A stretch of 64,000 nucleotides of DNA, from positions 7,564,001-7,628,000 of the forward strand of contig NW_026889777.1 of assembly GCF_033153115.1 (NCBI RefSeq). Direction: 5' to 3'. The position numbers and the translations under genes are program-made. The notes beneath the pieces are model-generated. The model saw only the letters and a list, made by a program, of their open reading frames with translations. It ran no database searches and was not told the origin of the DNA. Source of the DNA: Saccostrea echinata. Lineage: Eukaryota. Below are positions 12,816 through 25,934 of the stretch, piece by piece. The first letter of the stretch is position 1; every line of letters starts with the position of its first letter.

Positions 12816-14936
12816 TAAATGAAAAATGGCATTTTAGTAAACACATTTTCAGCAATTGTTTTTGAAATCCATTTTCAGCAATTGTTTTTGAAATTTTAAC
12901 AGCTAGCCTCCGACCTTGCTATTATCCCCCTGTTTATCTTTGAACATACCTGGACACATGCAGTTAACACTGACCCCTGTCCCCTCCAGCTTACGGGCCA
13001 GGGAGTGTGTACTCATCACCATGGCAAGTTTAGAGTTTTTATAGGCCTGATGTCCATTGTACGTTCCATCCTTTTCCAGGAAGAAATTTTCAAGGTCAAA
13101 AGGTTTTACACCTGAAAAGTTAAAACATTTATTGCTTCTACAATACATGTCTTCACTCTTTTTATTATCATTATTTTTTTTTTAGGGTTTTTTAAACAAA
13201 ATTTATTAAACCTTTTGAAAAACTGCACAGGATATATCTTTAGGTACTTTTCAGCTGTACATGTATATTACATACTAACCACCCCTATTGCCTCTGTCAT
13301 TTATATCATGTAATGTTGATGCTACCATCACAATACGACTGTCTCCATTTTCACTTGCTGTTTTCTTCAAATCATCCAACAGGAGGTGTGTCAGAAGAAA
13401 TGGACCTGTTGAATCAATATATGTACATGTACATACAGTATTCTGCCATTTAAAGTTCTTCTGTGATAGAGCAAAAAGTAGTTCTGTAGAAACCTTCAAA
13501 GTCTGAGCAAGATGGAAATGGTGCTATTGAAGAAACCCAATCAACATGATCAGAGAGTCAATTTCTTGATGTCCAATGAACATACAGTATGCTTCCAGTT
13601 GATGTCCATTGAGTGAACTTTTTTTCAAGTTAAATAATGTGCATGCAACTATAAAACAATTATTCAGGAAAAATGGGGGGGGGGGGGGGGATAAAGCACC
13701 ATAAATAAGATTCTCAAGAGCAATCTTGATTCAATTACTTAAGCATGTAATAAATTATTAGGAAAAATAATGAGAACAACAAACAAGCAACATGTATGTT
13801 TATGCTGATAAAAAAGCAAATTCAGTCTAATAAGGCCATATTTTTTTTGGGGGGGGGGGGGGGGATGTACTCCAACCCACTTTTTTCAATATTGACAGGT
13901 AGGTAGTTTCTATTTTTTTTTTTTAATCCTACACATTGATAGTCCTCATTAAAATCCCAGAATTAGAAATTTATAGTTGTTTTTATTACAATGTACATGT
14001 ATATATGAGACAGTTAGAATGATTAAATATTTAAAAACTTTGAAACTAAAAGGCATTCTTGAGAAATGATAAACTTTTAAACTGATATGGACAGGAAGTG
14101 TTTTTCTGAATACTAAAATAAAAATTATGAAATTTAAAGTACTGAAAAAGATTGGGTAATGGGTGATTTTGACAAATCAGTCGGAGTATGTCAAACAAAT
14201 CATTTTTATTGCTGGCCTAATCTAATCAAAAGTCAAGTTTCTATGTATACAGGTATTTTTGTTTTATCTAATTATTAAATATTTTGTCCCCAAAGTCAAA
14301 TGACCATAAATCTATTTTCAGTACTACCTAAGTAGTTAGTTCCCATGGTCAGCTCAAAGTTATCCTTGGTAAATTTCCTAACTCTGTCGCTCATTTTCAA
14401 AAATATTCCAGCATTGTTGACAAGGACATTCAGTTTTTTGCCCAGTGCATGAAAGTCTTCCACAAACTTTCTAATGGAGGCAAGATCTGCCAAATCTAAC
14501 TGTAAAAACAACAGTAACAAAGCAAATAAGTTTTTGTCAGCAGCAATACATATTTCTTGCAGGATTCAAAACATATCAATACAACTAAAATTATGCATCT
14601 TAATCTGCGCAAATGCGGTAGAGATGTGCATCACTTGAATGAATTAACAAGATATTTACATAACTTACAAATGTAATAATACTTATTTCTTAAGACAACA
14701 ATTATGTGATGAAAATTTTCATTTGCTTTGAAAGAATTAACATTTTTGTGCTTTACCTGAAGAAATGTTGCTAGAGCATTAGGGTTCTCTTGCAGAATTT
14801 TTTCGACAGCAGCTTTGCCATTTTCTTCACTCCTACAGGCCAGAATGACATCATTTCCTGCCTCACACAGCTTTTTTGCGGCTTCAAATCCAATCCCACA
14901 ATTGGCTCCAGTCACTATTATAACCCGACCTGTCAT
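7583..14936 (-). CDS. Retinol dehydrogenase-like short-chain dehydrogenase/reductase (RDH11-14/WWOX-type) with long K/E-rich C-terminal tail, ~461 aa
   Basis: Exons 14936-14757, 14499-14328, 13405-13280, 13111-12950, 12667-12506, 10312-10049, 7902-7583; all GT-AG and phase-consistent. Motifs [28 protein letters not shown], catalytic YKNSK. Probable polyA signals near 6226-6236. Confidence 0.9.
9007..9597. mobile_element. hAT-like MITE with 5-bp TSD
   Basis: TIR CAGGGTTCGACATTAAC / GTTAGTGTTGAACCCTG; AAATA on both flanks. Confidence 0.7.
10372..12259. mobile_element. Tc1/mariner-type MITE (TA TSD) containing a nested hAT MITE
   Basis: TA-CAGTAAAACTTGTCTAATCCGG ... CCGGATTCAACAAGTTTTACTG-TA. 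An oppositely oriented copy lies at 32323-34645. Confidence 0.85.
10451..11378. mobile_element. hAT-like MITE
   Basis: TIR TAGGGATGTCAA / TTGACATCCCTA with a perfect 8-bp TSD GAGAAAAT. Confidence 0.85.
13834..14217. mobile_element. PIF/Harbinger-like MITE, degenerate
   Basis: TAA-GGCCA...TGGCC-TAA termini; internal GTAGGTAG motif as in the 32412-33987 element. Confidence 0.5.
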
Positions 14937-15294
14937 TTTCTGTAATCATCAAATTTTAATGTTTTAACGTTTAACTGTTGTATTAAAGTTGCCTGCTAAG
15001 GTACTTCTATACTCAGCTCTAAATGTGCACAATCTTGAAAAACTTGCTTTTATATGATAGCAATGAAAAGGCATAACATCTCAATATGTTATTTGACTAA
15101 TATTGCCTCTCAGCAATAACCTCCAATCATGAATTTTTGTGGCCTTTGGGGTTAGCAAAAGAATCACAGGGATTTTCCACTCCATTTTGGGAAAGGGTCC
15201 CAGGCCTTAGGAATTGGGAATTAAACTAAATTCTTGTTATAAAAAACTCCAAGGTTTCACTTTCTGTCCTCGACAGCTCTCCTGAAGATTGTAA

Positions 15295-16964
15295 GAATAA
15301 TCTAACTGTGTTTTGGGACAAGCCCTCATCACAGTTAGAATATATCCCATATACTTGCAATGTAGCAAATCGGAGCGGATCTGCTCCAAAATGATTTTGA
15401 AGAATACCAAAGGAGTTTTGTTACAACATTTTATCACTTATTATGCTTATTGGGAAATTTCTTGCATGATGTTTTCCAAGAAATAAACACTTACGATGAA
15501 TAAAATTGATCTTTAACTCAATTATTCTGAACTTAAAATCAGCGAATAGATCAATTATTAGGGCTGGGACGATTCAGGGTTTAATCGATTCGGTACGGTT
15601 TCGGTTCAGAATGATATGGTTCGTTTTTTTTTCGATTCGGTTCGATTTAACCTTAAACAGTCCAAATATTTCTCATCATTAATGTAAAATAATAATCTCT
15701 GCTTTATAAACTGATTAAACTCCTTTACTTCAGTCCTCACTAAAACTTTTCTGAGACACTAACAAGTGGGGCTAGTGGATCTGATATTTTTACTGGCAAA
15801 AGTACTAACCCAGAAACATAATAAAATCTGAAACTTTTGTTGTTACAGTATTATTTTATTACATTTACATTTCATAATGAATTACTATTCTTTTCATTTT
15901 TCTTCTGCTTATTTTCTCTATTTGCATTTTTCTTCTGAGTCATTAATAAGTGAATAATCAGAGAAATTATTTAATGCTGAATTTAATATAATGAACAATC
16001 ATGTTTTGGATACATTCTAACAAAGAAGTATACATTTTTTTTCTGATCATTGGACTTCCTCTACCAAAATGAAGTGAAAGCTAGTGATTTATTTTTTTTT
16101 TAATTCAAATTATCAAATACAATGTTAATATATTTTTAATAACCCTTGTAGATATTTACTCTTCAGTTAATCAGTTGAGTTGTTGTAAATAATTTAATCA
16201 ATTAATGTGATACCTTCATGCATTTTCCATAAAATCGGGATGGAGGAAATTCGGATTAGTAAAAAAAGATGATCTTTTTCATGGTCTTTAGAAATGAATA
16301 ATGTAGAGTGCCAAAAGAATTAGATAGATGAGATTTATGAATAAGAGAACCACACTTTGAATTTTTTCATTGATTTTGGAAAATACCTGCTACTTTCTCA
16401 CTAGCCCGTCAGGCTATTTACTAGCCCATACCAATGTAAACTAACCTCTATTATAAAAGGAAAAGACATTTAAGGAATTAAAAAACTAAATCACTGACTT
16501 CAAACTGGCACAATCATTTTAAAAAGTATTAAAATCATAAAAACAAACATTTCCGATCTCCAATATTGGTGGTCATTTTTGTTTATATGTGTTATATATA
16601 TTTTGAACCGAACCGAAATCTGGAATTCTGGATCGGTGCACCGAATCGAACAGTATCAACCGCGGTGCACCGCACAGCCCTATCAATTATAATAAAGTTT
16701 TTGCTAAGTTTCTTAAAATTTTGTTCATTTCATCCAGATTCCCAAACCTGGACATCAAAATATGAATAATTTTTTAGGTTTAAAGGCATATACAATCTCA
16801 AAAAGGTTTGTTATGATTAATTTGGTACTTATTTTCAGTGCAACTCCTTTTGTATTCTTCAAAATCATTTCGGAGTGGATCCGCTCCGATTTGCTACATA
16901 GCAAGTACATGGGACGTAATTTAACTGTGGTGATGGCTTGTTCTGACAGACAGTTAGATTATTC
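15295..16964. mobile_element. MITE with ~125-bp TIRs and TAA TSD (PIF/Harbinger-like)
   Basis: GAATAATCTAACTGT...CAAAGGAGTT is inverted at 16842-16964; TAA on both flanks. Confidence 0.75.
15559..16682. mobile_element. hAT-like MITE nested in the previous element
   Basis: TAGGGCTG...CAGCCCTA termini with 8-bp TSD TCAATTAT; subterminal AACCG/CGGTT repeats. Confidence 0.85.
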
Positions 16965-17084
16965 TAACTATGTAAAATGGTATATAGTTACATATTTATA
17001 AACAAAGACCAAATACCTGTGTATTTAACAATTAAATAAATTGAACAAATTAGAATTTAGATATTTGATAATACCTTATAATTT

Positions 17085-17572
17085 AATTTTGTTTGTATTC
17101 TAGCCTCTGATTGGTTAATATCCAAAAAGGAACACAAACTATTTCTGTATAACCTGGTTTGGTATGGGGACACACCCCCCTGACAACCAGCTGAATCGTC
17201 TGTATCCATGCAATCCTCTCATTTCCAGTCCTCGGGATTCATGGAAAATTCCAGATTTAATAAATGTACCTTTAACTTCAAACAGTAACTCGGATCTTAC
17301 CACATGTAAACAAAAAACATGGCTGCTAGGACTATGTATCAGTTTTTACCTCCCCTCGCTTCCCATCACTTCCGTTACTAGGGTTGTATTATTGAGCGGC
17401 AAATTTGAACTAATAAAAAGCAACGAAATTTTACACCCAGAGTTGTTAAATGATTTTAGAATTAAATTATAAGGAATGACTCTACTTCGCGGATTATAAA
17501 ACAGCGTAAACTGACCCAAACCAGGTTATCCTCGAATAATTTGGCCAAGAATTAGAGTCATTCCTAAAATAA
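17085..17572. mobile_element. Hairpin-type non-autonomous element (family shared with 40595-40940), left hairpin arm deleted
   Basis: Contains TGATTGG, the inverted pair ATAACCTGGTTTGG / CCAAACCAGGTTAT, TAAGGAATGA...TCATTCCTAAA, and CTTCGCGGATTATAAAACAGCGTAAACTG. Confidence 0.55.
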
Positions 17573-17625
17573 TTATTCTTTTTTGTATAAACTGTTATAA
17601 ACAAGTACACTTTAACAAAATATAA

Positions 17626-18519
17626 TAAGACCGCGGAACATTAATTGGCAAAATTGGAAATATACAGCTTACGTCATTTCCATCTGTTACAGTCAAAACA
17701 TTTAATGACAGACAATGAAATGGGCAAGTACAATTCGACACGGACGTCCGAGAAAACATTGGATTGAAATTCTAGTTTTATATTCATTTTCAATCCACCT
17801 CAGCTACTCTAGAACACACGGTGCTACTGATTGACCCAGAAGACAAATAATTTCAATTTCGGAATAGTTTGAAATTTATATAAATCAGAATTTTCTGTCA
17901 AGTGTTTTGAAAGAAATATAAAGGGACAAATATTTGATTTCTGTTTGGTATATGTATGTGTGTGTCGGGAGGAGGGGGGGGGGGGGCGAAAGATCTTGGA
18001 AATAAATAAGAAAGTTTTCTTTTATTTTGGAAACCCCTCCCTGCAACTTGTTTTTGTTTGTCTATTTTTCAGTGAAAGCAAAACTAAAAAAAAGTAACCC
18101 CTTGTCATCCTAGAAATTAATATATTTTGTCATGTGAAGGCATGATTTTTGACAACATCCCCCCCTTCTAGAATCAAATGGCCGTCCCCTGAAAAAATAA
18201 TCTCTGCCTTCTATTACTTTTACGTGTCCTTAGAATTATAAGCTAAAAAAATCATATAAAGATGAATTTCAAACAACGTGTATTTGTGAATTGAAATTAT
18301 TTGTCTTTTGGATCATACATTCACACAGGTTTGAAAACAAGCTCAGGTGGATTGAAAATGAATTTCAAACTACAATTTCAATCCAATGTTTTCTTGGACG
18401 TCCGTGTCGAATTGTACTTGCCCATTTCATTGTCTATCATTAAATGTATCGACTGAAACAGATGGAAATGACGTAAGCTGCATATTTCCAATTTTGCCAG
18501 TTAATGTTCTGCGGTCTTA
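17626..18519. mobile_element. MITE with ~180-bp TIRs
   Basis: TAAGACCGCGGAACATTAA...CAATCCACCT at 17626-17800 is inverted at about 18345-18519. Confidence 0.8.
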
Positions 18520-18565
18520 CAAACCATATAGTGCACGTATCAACTTGGGTCAGTTTTGAGTTTAA

Positions 18566-19248
18566 CAGGTCCAGTACAATCTCTTTATTTAGCTATATAG
18601 CTTGAAGTAGCTATATAGCTTTATTAAGTTATTCAAAATAGCTTGATTTAGCTATTTATATGCAGTTTTTCACAAAAATTTTTCTTGTATAAAATAGACA
18701 AAAAGTCACATGTATTTGACTATTCATATATGTACTATGGGCTATCAAAACAACAACCAAAATCAAAGATAGTTTTATCTTTGCAGCTTTTGAATACTTT
18801 TAAGCAAAAGATAAATTTCTATTGTTTGAGTAACTGTCCACTACCTTGGTGTGCGTTGAGGCATGGATAAGTATGATTGCTTCTCATTGTACTGAATTAT
18901 TACCAATCAATTATCTTGTTGACCATAATTGGCCTCCTTTATAATTTCATTGAAGAAGTAACTGTATCAATTGTGTTATATAGCCCCAAAACTCTTAGAA
19001 CTTTGAGTACAAAGTCTCTCAAGGAGACACAATTTAATGAGTGATTTTTACATGCATCAAGTTCAGAAGTGTTCAAGGTTGAATATCATCACTGCACCAA
19101 GGTGCGACTTTTTGTACCTGCTTAGAAAATTACACATTTAAGAAAAAAGTGTGATAAAATAGCTAAATTAAGCTATTCTGAATAGCTTAATAAAGCTATA
19201 TATCTAAATAAAGCTATATAGCTAAATCAAGAGATTGTACTGGACCTG
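18566..19248. mobile_element. hAT-like MITE with 5-bp TSD
   Basis: TIR CAGGTCCAGTACAATCTCTT / AAGAGATTGTACTGGACCTG; TTTAA on both flanks. Partial copies in UNG intron 1 (about 20036-20190 and 20960-21100). Confidence 0.8.
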
Positions 19249-19861
19249 TTTAAATGCAAATACTAAACATCCTTGAAATTTTAACGTAGAATCATATAAA
19301 ATGCTACACACACCTTGAACGATGCTTTCCACATTGGCATTTATATGTAAAAGTTTTATCTAGATAAATATACATTTTTTTCTTCTAAATTTCATAATCA
19401 GAATAATCTGGTACTGCATTGAGTGAAGCTGGACAGTCTGGTGTAAGAGTGCTTCATTTTAAAATGTAACAATGCACGGATTCATTATCGTGTCTTGCAA
19501 AAAGATGAATACTTTTCAAGTACAAACTGAGCTAAATAAGCACAAAAATACCTCAAAATACTGTATGATTCAAGGCGTTTCTCTTTGAAATTCTTTATCT
19601 TGGCGGCTTTCCGGAAGTAAACAATGGTAAGTATTTTTCTACGCAGTATTTTAATAATTATTACTTGGAAAGTTTTTATCCTTAATGTTAAACTTAATAA
19701 ACCCAAAAAATGAATTTTATAATTCAAATAAACACGAATTCTGTATGATTGCCACATATTCTTGTGTTTTACATTCATTTAGAGAACTTGATTTTTCAGC
19801 GCATTACCAAGCGCTGTTCTTTGGCACTTCCGGTTTCGTTTGCAAATTTCTATCCTCAAAA

Positions 19862-21755
19862 ATGCCAGGCAAACGTAAACAAGCAGCTGTAAAAGATGAT
19901 ACCGCAAAACGACAGAAACTAGACACCAAAAATGTTGACAAGTCTCCAAAACGTAAACAAGCTAAGCAAAAGAAATCAGTTGTCACCTCTAAAAAATCAG
20001 ACTCAGGTACAGCAAGCGTTAGGCTCTACCTTCATCAGGTTCAGGGATCTCTTGATTTAGCTATATACTTTGAATTAGCTATATAGCTTTATCAAGTTAT
20101 TCCGAAAAACTTGATTTAGATATTTTTAATATTTTTTCCCCTTAAATATGTTATTTTTCAGCATGTACAAAAAGTTGCACACTGGTACAGTGTACAGTAA
20201 AACATGCTTATAGTGAACACGCTTATAATGAATTGACACTTACAGCAAAGTGCTTTTCATTCCCTGTGACTTCAAAAATATTGTAAACTGATGTAACCAA
20301 TTAAGCTTAGCTAAGCAAAATCGTCTGTCCCCGGCACTTTGTTATAAGCATGTTTTACTGTATACTTCATATGTGGTCATACCAGGGTTTTATAACACAA
20401 CTCCTTGGTCTTCTTAAGGCAAATGTAGATGTTTCATTGAAGAAAAACTCTGGTGTTGTTTGCTTTCTTTATCACCTGTTTCGTATGAAAGTTCCAGTTT
20501 AGTTTACCCTGGATGTTTACACCTAGATATTTTTGCTGATTCCACTATCTCCATGATGTGTCCAGATGGTGTATTGATGTTTTATTGTCCGTCTTTTGTT
20601 GGAAATATGTAGTACTTATATAGGCATTTCTGGGGGTGGAATTCCATGAGCCAATCTTTTTCCCCACTTTGGAGAGCCTCCAGAACTTCTTGGAGAAGGT
20701 CTGCTTCTTAAAGTGTATTTAAGCATCTGTAAACAATCCAGGCATCAGCAAATTGTCTGCCTGATATGATCTGTTCTTTATGTATTCCGGAAGATCATTG
20801 ATGTACAGTAGGGAAAGTGTTGGACCTAGGACACTTACATGAAGGACTCCTGATAGATCTACAGCTAAGTCTGACTTACCATTCTCAAATATCTCTGGTT
20901 GTGTTTGGTTCGGTAAATGGTTACATGTACATTAATTACCTTGGGACATGGAATGGATGATATGATTCTTCACATTGAGCTGAGTTATTACCAATCATTA
21001 TCTCGAGTTAGTATTGGTCTCCATTCAAATTTGTTTATATAGCCCTCAAACAATCAGAACTTTTATTACAAATGATCTGAAGGAGACACATTTTGAAAAG
21101 TGATATGTTTATGCCTGGTTTTAAGAAAAGCACTAGTCAATGACATGACCAGCAAGGAGCAGCAATGGAACAAGACCGAGATTCAAACCCTTGTTCGCTG
21201 GATCTTTAGTCAGGTGCTCTACCAACTGAGCTGTCTGGCCACCAACAACCAAACCTGCATGACAGCTATACTAGAGAGTAGAAAAGCTTCACATCATTTC
21301 TTACATGCTAAATAAATTGTATATATGACTAAGAAAAATTACCTGATTTTGATCTTGTAGGTGCTGTTGGCAGTTTTTCCCTGAGGGACCTCATCTCAAA
21401 TGAAAAGTGGAGAAAGGCGCTATCAGAAGAAATGGATAAGGACTATATCAAGGAACTCCAAACCAAAGTAGCAGATCATTATAAAAAAGGAGACAGTGTA
21501 TTTCCACGTAAAGACCTTATATTCAATGCTCTCAACATGACTCCACTTGATCAGGTATTAAATGAATCATAACTCAGCATCATTGTTAACTTTCTATTGC
21601 TAACGAGAATGGTTTTTAGCTCACCTGACCCAAAGGCTCAAGTGAGCTTTTCTGATCACATTTTGTCTGGCATCTGTCTGTCTAGCTGTCTGTTTGTCTA
21701 GCTGTCCAGCTGTCCGTCTGTCTGTAAACTTTTCACATTTTCGACCTTCTTCTCA

Positions 21756-21786
<31 letters not shown>

Positions 21787-24603
21787 CTACAAAGTATCTT
21801 GGGTTAAAGGGATTCAAGTTCGTATGACTATATGTGTGCCAAATTTCATTCTGATCTGAATTGTGGTTTTGTAAATGTAGAGATCACCCCTCGTATGCTG
21901 TAAACAGAAATATAAGCTGTGAACAATTACATGTAGTAAAAAGGGAAACAAATGTAAAAGTGACATATGCTGTAATTAAGAGTGATATGCTGTAAACAGT
22001 GACATATAGTTAAACATGATATGTTGTAAGTAGTGAAATATGCTGTAGACAGTGGCTGTCACATGTCTTAGAAAATGACATGCCATAAACAATGACATTT
22101 GCCAAAAACATTGACATGTTTTAAACAATGACATAAACTATAAGTAATGACATGTTTTAAATGACTTATGCTGTTAATGATGACATGATCTGTAAACAGC
22201 ATATGTCGTGAATAATGACATATACTGTAATTATTGAAATATGTTGCAATCAATGATATATAAGGCTGTAAACAAAGGTATTTGCTGTAAATAATCACAT
22301 TTGTTGTACAATGTATTGATTTACGTTGTAACCAGATGTATAATGCTTTTAACAATGACATATGCTAGCTGTAAACAGTGACATGCTGTAAAGATGACAT
22401 TCTACAAACAATGACATGTTGTACAAAGTGATGTATGCTGTAAACAATGATGTGCTGTAAACTGTTACATATGCTCAATATTAAAGAATTTGGAGAAGTG
22501 TGAAAAGTATATACTGTTAATTGGGTTTCTTTAGTGGGCGTAAAATTTGGTGTCTTGCTTGCTTAAAGGTATGACAATAATTTTTGCGGAATTTTTTTTT
22601 GTGGACACAGAGTACCATGGCAGACACATAGTACCATGAAAAAGAAAGGAAATTCATCTTCTAGATGAGTTTTCAGTATTTGATATACGTTTGAATACCA
22701 ATTTAGGCAAAACTTTGAGTAAAAACCAATACCAGATAAAGGGTAAATTGTTAAACAAAAGTCTGATCAAAGTAATCTTAAAGTTTCTTCTCTTCAGTAC
22801 TTATACGCAAGAGTGCAAATTTAGCGATTAAAATTTTTGCAGTGTATTTCAAAACTGCTAAAATAAGCCAGAGTTTGCACTCCGCTAAAAATTCCCGCTA
22901 AATGGTAGCTTAATTTTACACCATTTCCTTGGTGGTTACTGGTATTTTCTACTACCATGCCAATAGGCTCTTCACTTATGCCATCTTGTTGTTGGTCAGA
23001 AACAGAGATGTCAAAATAATTGGTGAAAATCTTACTGTATTTCAGATTAAAGTTGTAATACTAGGACAGGATCCCTACCATGATGATGGGCAGGTGTGTA
23101 CAACCCTAAAATAATTACAAAATGCTTGTTGGAAGTACTTCATATTTTAAATATTTTGGTAACCAAATTACTTAACACATACTAGTAGGACTGCTACATA
23201 TAAATTAAATATTTAAATATTTAAATTATTAACTTATTTTCAACATATTGATTTCTTAGTTATTGAAGTTGTGGGACTTATTGAAAAATGTTATTTTTTT
23301 ATATAAAATTTTTTGATTTTACCTAATAATTTACCAGGCTATGGGACTTTCATTCTCTGTACCAAAGGGAGTTAAAGTACCTCCATCATTAGTTAATATT
23401 TACAAGGAGCTGGAAAAGGACCCAGACATCAAAGGATTCAAAACCCCAGATCATGGAAACTTAGAGAGCTGGGCAAAGAATGGTGTCCTATTGTTAAACG
23501 CTACTCTTACTGTAACGTAAGTAGAGATAAATATGCAATATTGAGCAATTCTGTTTAATGAAGATAATACCATTAGAGGTGTATTGTCAAAAGCTTAATT
23601 TGTAAGTAAATTCACAAGAGAGACATAGCATCATTTTTTCAAAGGAGATGGGGGGAAGGGGGGAAATTATTAGTATTACAAGCAAACAAATTTAAACAGA
23701 ATATTGCCCAAACTTTTTTTGGCAAATAAATTTTTGAGTACACTTGTTTAGAGGAATTTGATCATACTGCATCAAAAAGGGGAAGGGGGCAACTGGCCTT
23801 TGCTTGAAAATTTCCATCCTAAATTTCCAGCAAAAGATTACCCTATTCTCAGAAAAGCGTGAGGGGGGTGGGAGAGCTGATAGTATGGACCTGGCACAAA
23901 TTTCCAATCCCAGTTTCACTTTATTTTCCTAAATTATATTTTTTTTTAACATACTTACAACATTTTCAATACAAAAAGTTTGAAAAATGACAATTAATCA
24001 TCGCTGTGTATATTCAACAGAATAGTATCTGTTTTCAGTAAAAAAAAATTTTGGCTTTTAATAGAATACATGTACACTGTAAACATGCCATAGAAAGATA
24101 TTTAAACTTATGGGAAAAAAAATTTAGAAGCCTGGGGCAGGAAGGGAGGGGGATACCCTTTCCTCAATCACCTACAACTATGATCTTAATCAGAGACTAT
24201 TAAACAGCCAAGCCATGTTCATTTTGTTTGTCAAGATGTAAAGTGATCATGTGATAAACTGTTTTACAAAACAATTTCAATTATAATGCAATATTAGGGA
24301 AGACGTCTTTGTATTTGTTGTAGTGCACATCAGCCTAACTCCCATGCTAAATACGGCTGGCAGAAACTGACAGATGCCATCATACACCTTGTCAGTGAGG
24401 AGTGTGCAGGGGTCATCTTTATCTTGTGGGGAGGGTTTGCCCATAAGAAAGAGAAACTGATCAACCAGAAGAAACATGCTGTGATTAAAACTGCCCATCC
24501 TTCACCTCTGTCATTTGGAAAATTCATCAATTGTCAGTGTTTCTCAAAGGCCAACAGTGAACTAAAGAAATTTAAGAAAGATCCTGTCAACTGGAACCTT
24601 TGA
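19862..24603 (+). CDS. UNG: Uracil-DNA glycosylase (family 1), ~281 aa
   Basis: Exons 19862-20006, 21361-21554, 23046-23093, 23338-23516, 24324-24603; phase-consistent. Motifs [38 protein letters not shown]. Confidence 0.93.
20195..20360. mobile_element. Short Tc1/mariner MITE
   Basis: TA-CAGTAAAACATGCTTATA / TATAAGCATGTTTTACTG-TA. Confidence 0.8.
20380..20910 (-). pseudogene. Decayed CR1/L2-type LINE reverse transcriptase fragment
   Basis: Minus-strand remnants resembling [17 protein letters not shown] and RQFADA, with multiple disablements. Confidence 0.55.
21173..21240 (-). pseudogene. tRNA-like (Thr-related) pseudogene or repeat head
   Basis: Minus strand AGCTCAGTTGGTAGAGCACCTGACTA...GGTTTGAATC; stems do not close. 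Confidence 0.4.
21613..21822 (+). mobile_element. HINE 5' fragment with (CTGT)n microsatellite
   Basis: TTTTTAGCTCACCTGA...TCAAGTGAGCT palindrome followed by CTGT repeats. Confidence 0.6.
21895..22475. repeat. Degenerate ~20-bp minisatellite
   Basis: Unit approximately TGCTGTAAACAATGACATA, repeated many times in UNG intron 2. Confidence 0.75.
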
Positions 24604-25934
24604 CAACTTTACGAAAATGAAATGAAGTAGTTCTCAATACTTTAAAATGACAATTTTACAAATATTCTTTGCTTGTTTTTTTTCCCCTTAACTTAGTAAT
24701 ACATGTGTGACTGTGATTTTATAACATTTTTCTGTAATTAATTCTTCATTTTTTAATTTCTTTCTTAAGTATGACTGTGATTTTAAAATGCTATATTTTC
24801 TTGTTATCAGTATTAGAATATTCTTTACTTTTTTAATTTCCTATTTATTATTCATGTTATCAGATATACTTTTTTAATAGTTTGATAATGACATACTTTT
24901 TGTTTGTGTACCAACTGACACAACATGTACGAATGTGATTCGTAAATGTTAATTCTTTTTTATGAATTTTTAAAGTCACTATAATCTACTGGTATATTTT
25001 ATAATTATAAATAATGCCAGACTGAGTATATATTTTATAGAGTGATGCATTCCTTTTTTAGATATATTTACAAAGTTTCTTGTGTGTTACATAGAATAAT
25101 TTGTAATAAATTGGGGAAAAAAAATCTTTTTTTTCATGGTTTGTCATGGAATGTACTAAAATATGGAGTATCACTGGTGATCATGAAGTGCACATTAGGA
25201 ATAACATTATTTGATGCACCTAAGGCATGCTTGGCTAGTATGAGAAGATCGATAATATAGCCAGAGGTTTGACTGTTGCAGTGAGAAGATCTAGCTTCTG
25301 CATATATATTTTATTTAGATATGTGGAATGTAACGCACCTCTTAGAAAATAAGTATCATTTTTGGAAAAATTTAATTATCTCTTTAAAGTAATGTTAAAT
25401 TTTGTTTATTTGATATTTGAACCAGAACCGCCCAAAATCATTTGTAATGAATTGTATTAAAAAAAATTCTGGATTATTTAGGAGAGGGTTATATACATGT
25501 TATTCCTAGACCCTCCTCCAACCCCACCCCTCGTCATCCCCAGAAAGCAGACGACAGTTCTTTTCTAGTTTTACAGAAACAAATCACTGACCAATCAGGA
25601 AATGCAAGATATTTGGAATTGTTTGTGTAACAAGAATGTTGGATATTTGCAACAAGGTTTATATTGGAAAACAGTATAAATACATGCAGTGAAAAACTTC
25701 TAGCCTCTATAAAGAAAGAAAATTATATAACTTTACAGTGAACAGCTGTTAAGAATAAGTTGTTGAGTGCTTTAGGTAAATGTTTTAAACTGGCACTTGG
25801 GTTAAATCCGGTAAGCCTATTATCTATATTTTTTCCGGATATGTCATTGACCCTGTACAATTTAGATTTTACTATTTCATGCACTTCCGGTATGTCTTTC
25901 ATTCTGATGATAATGGAATTCTGATAATGCTGGG

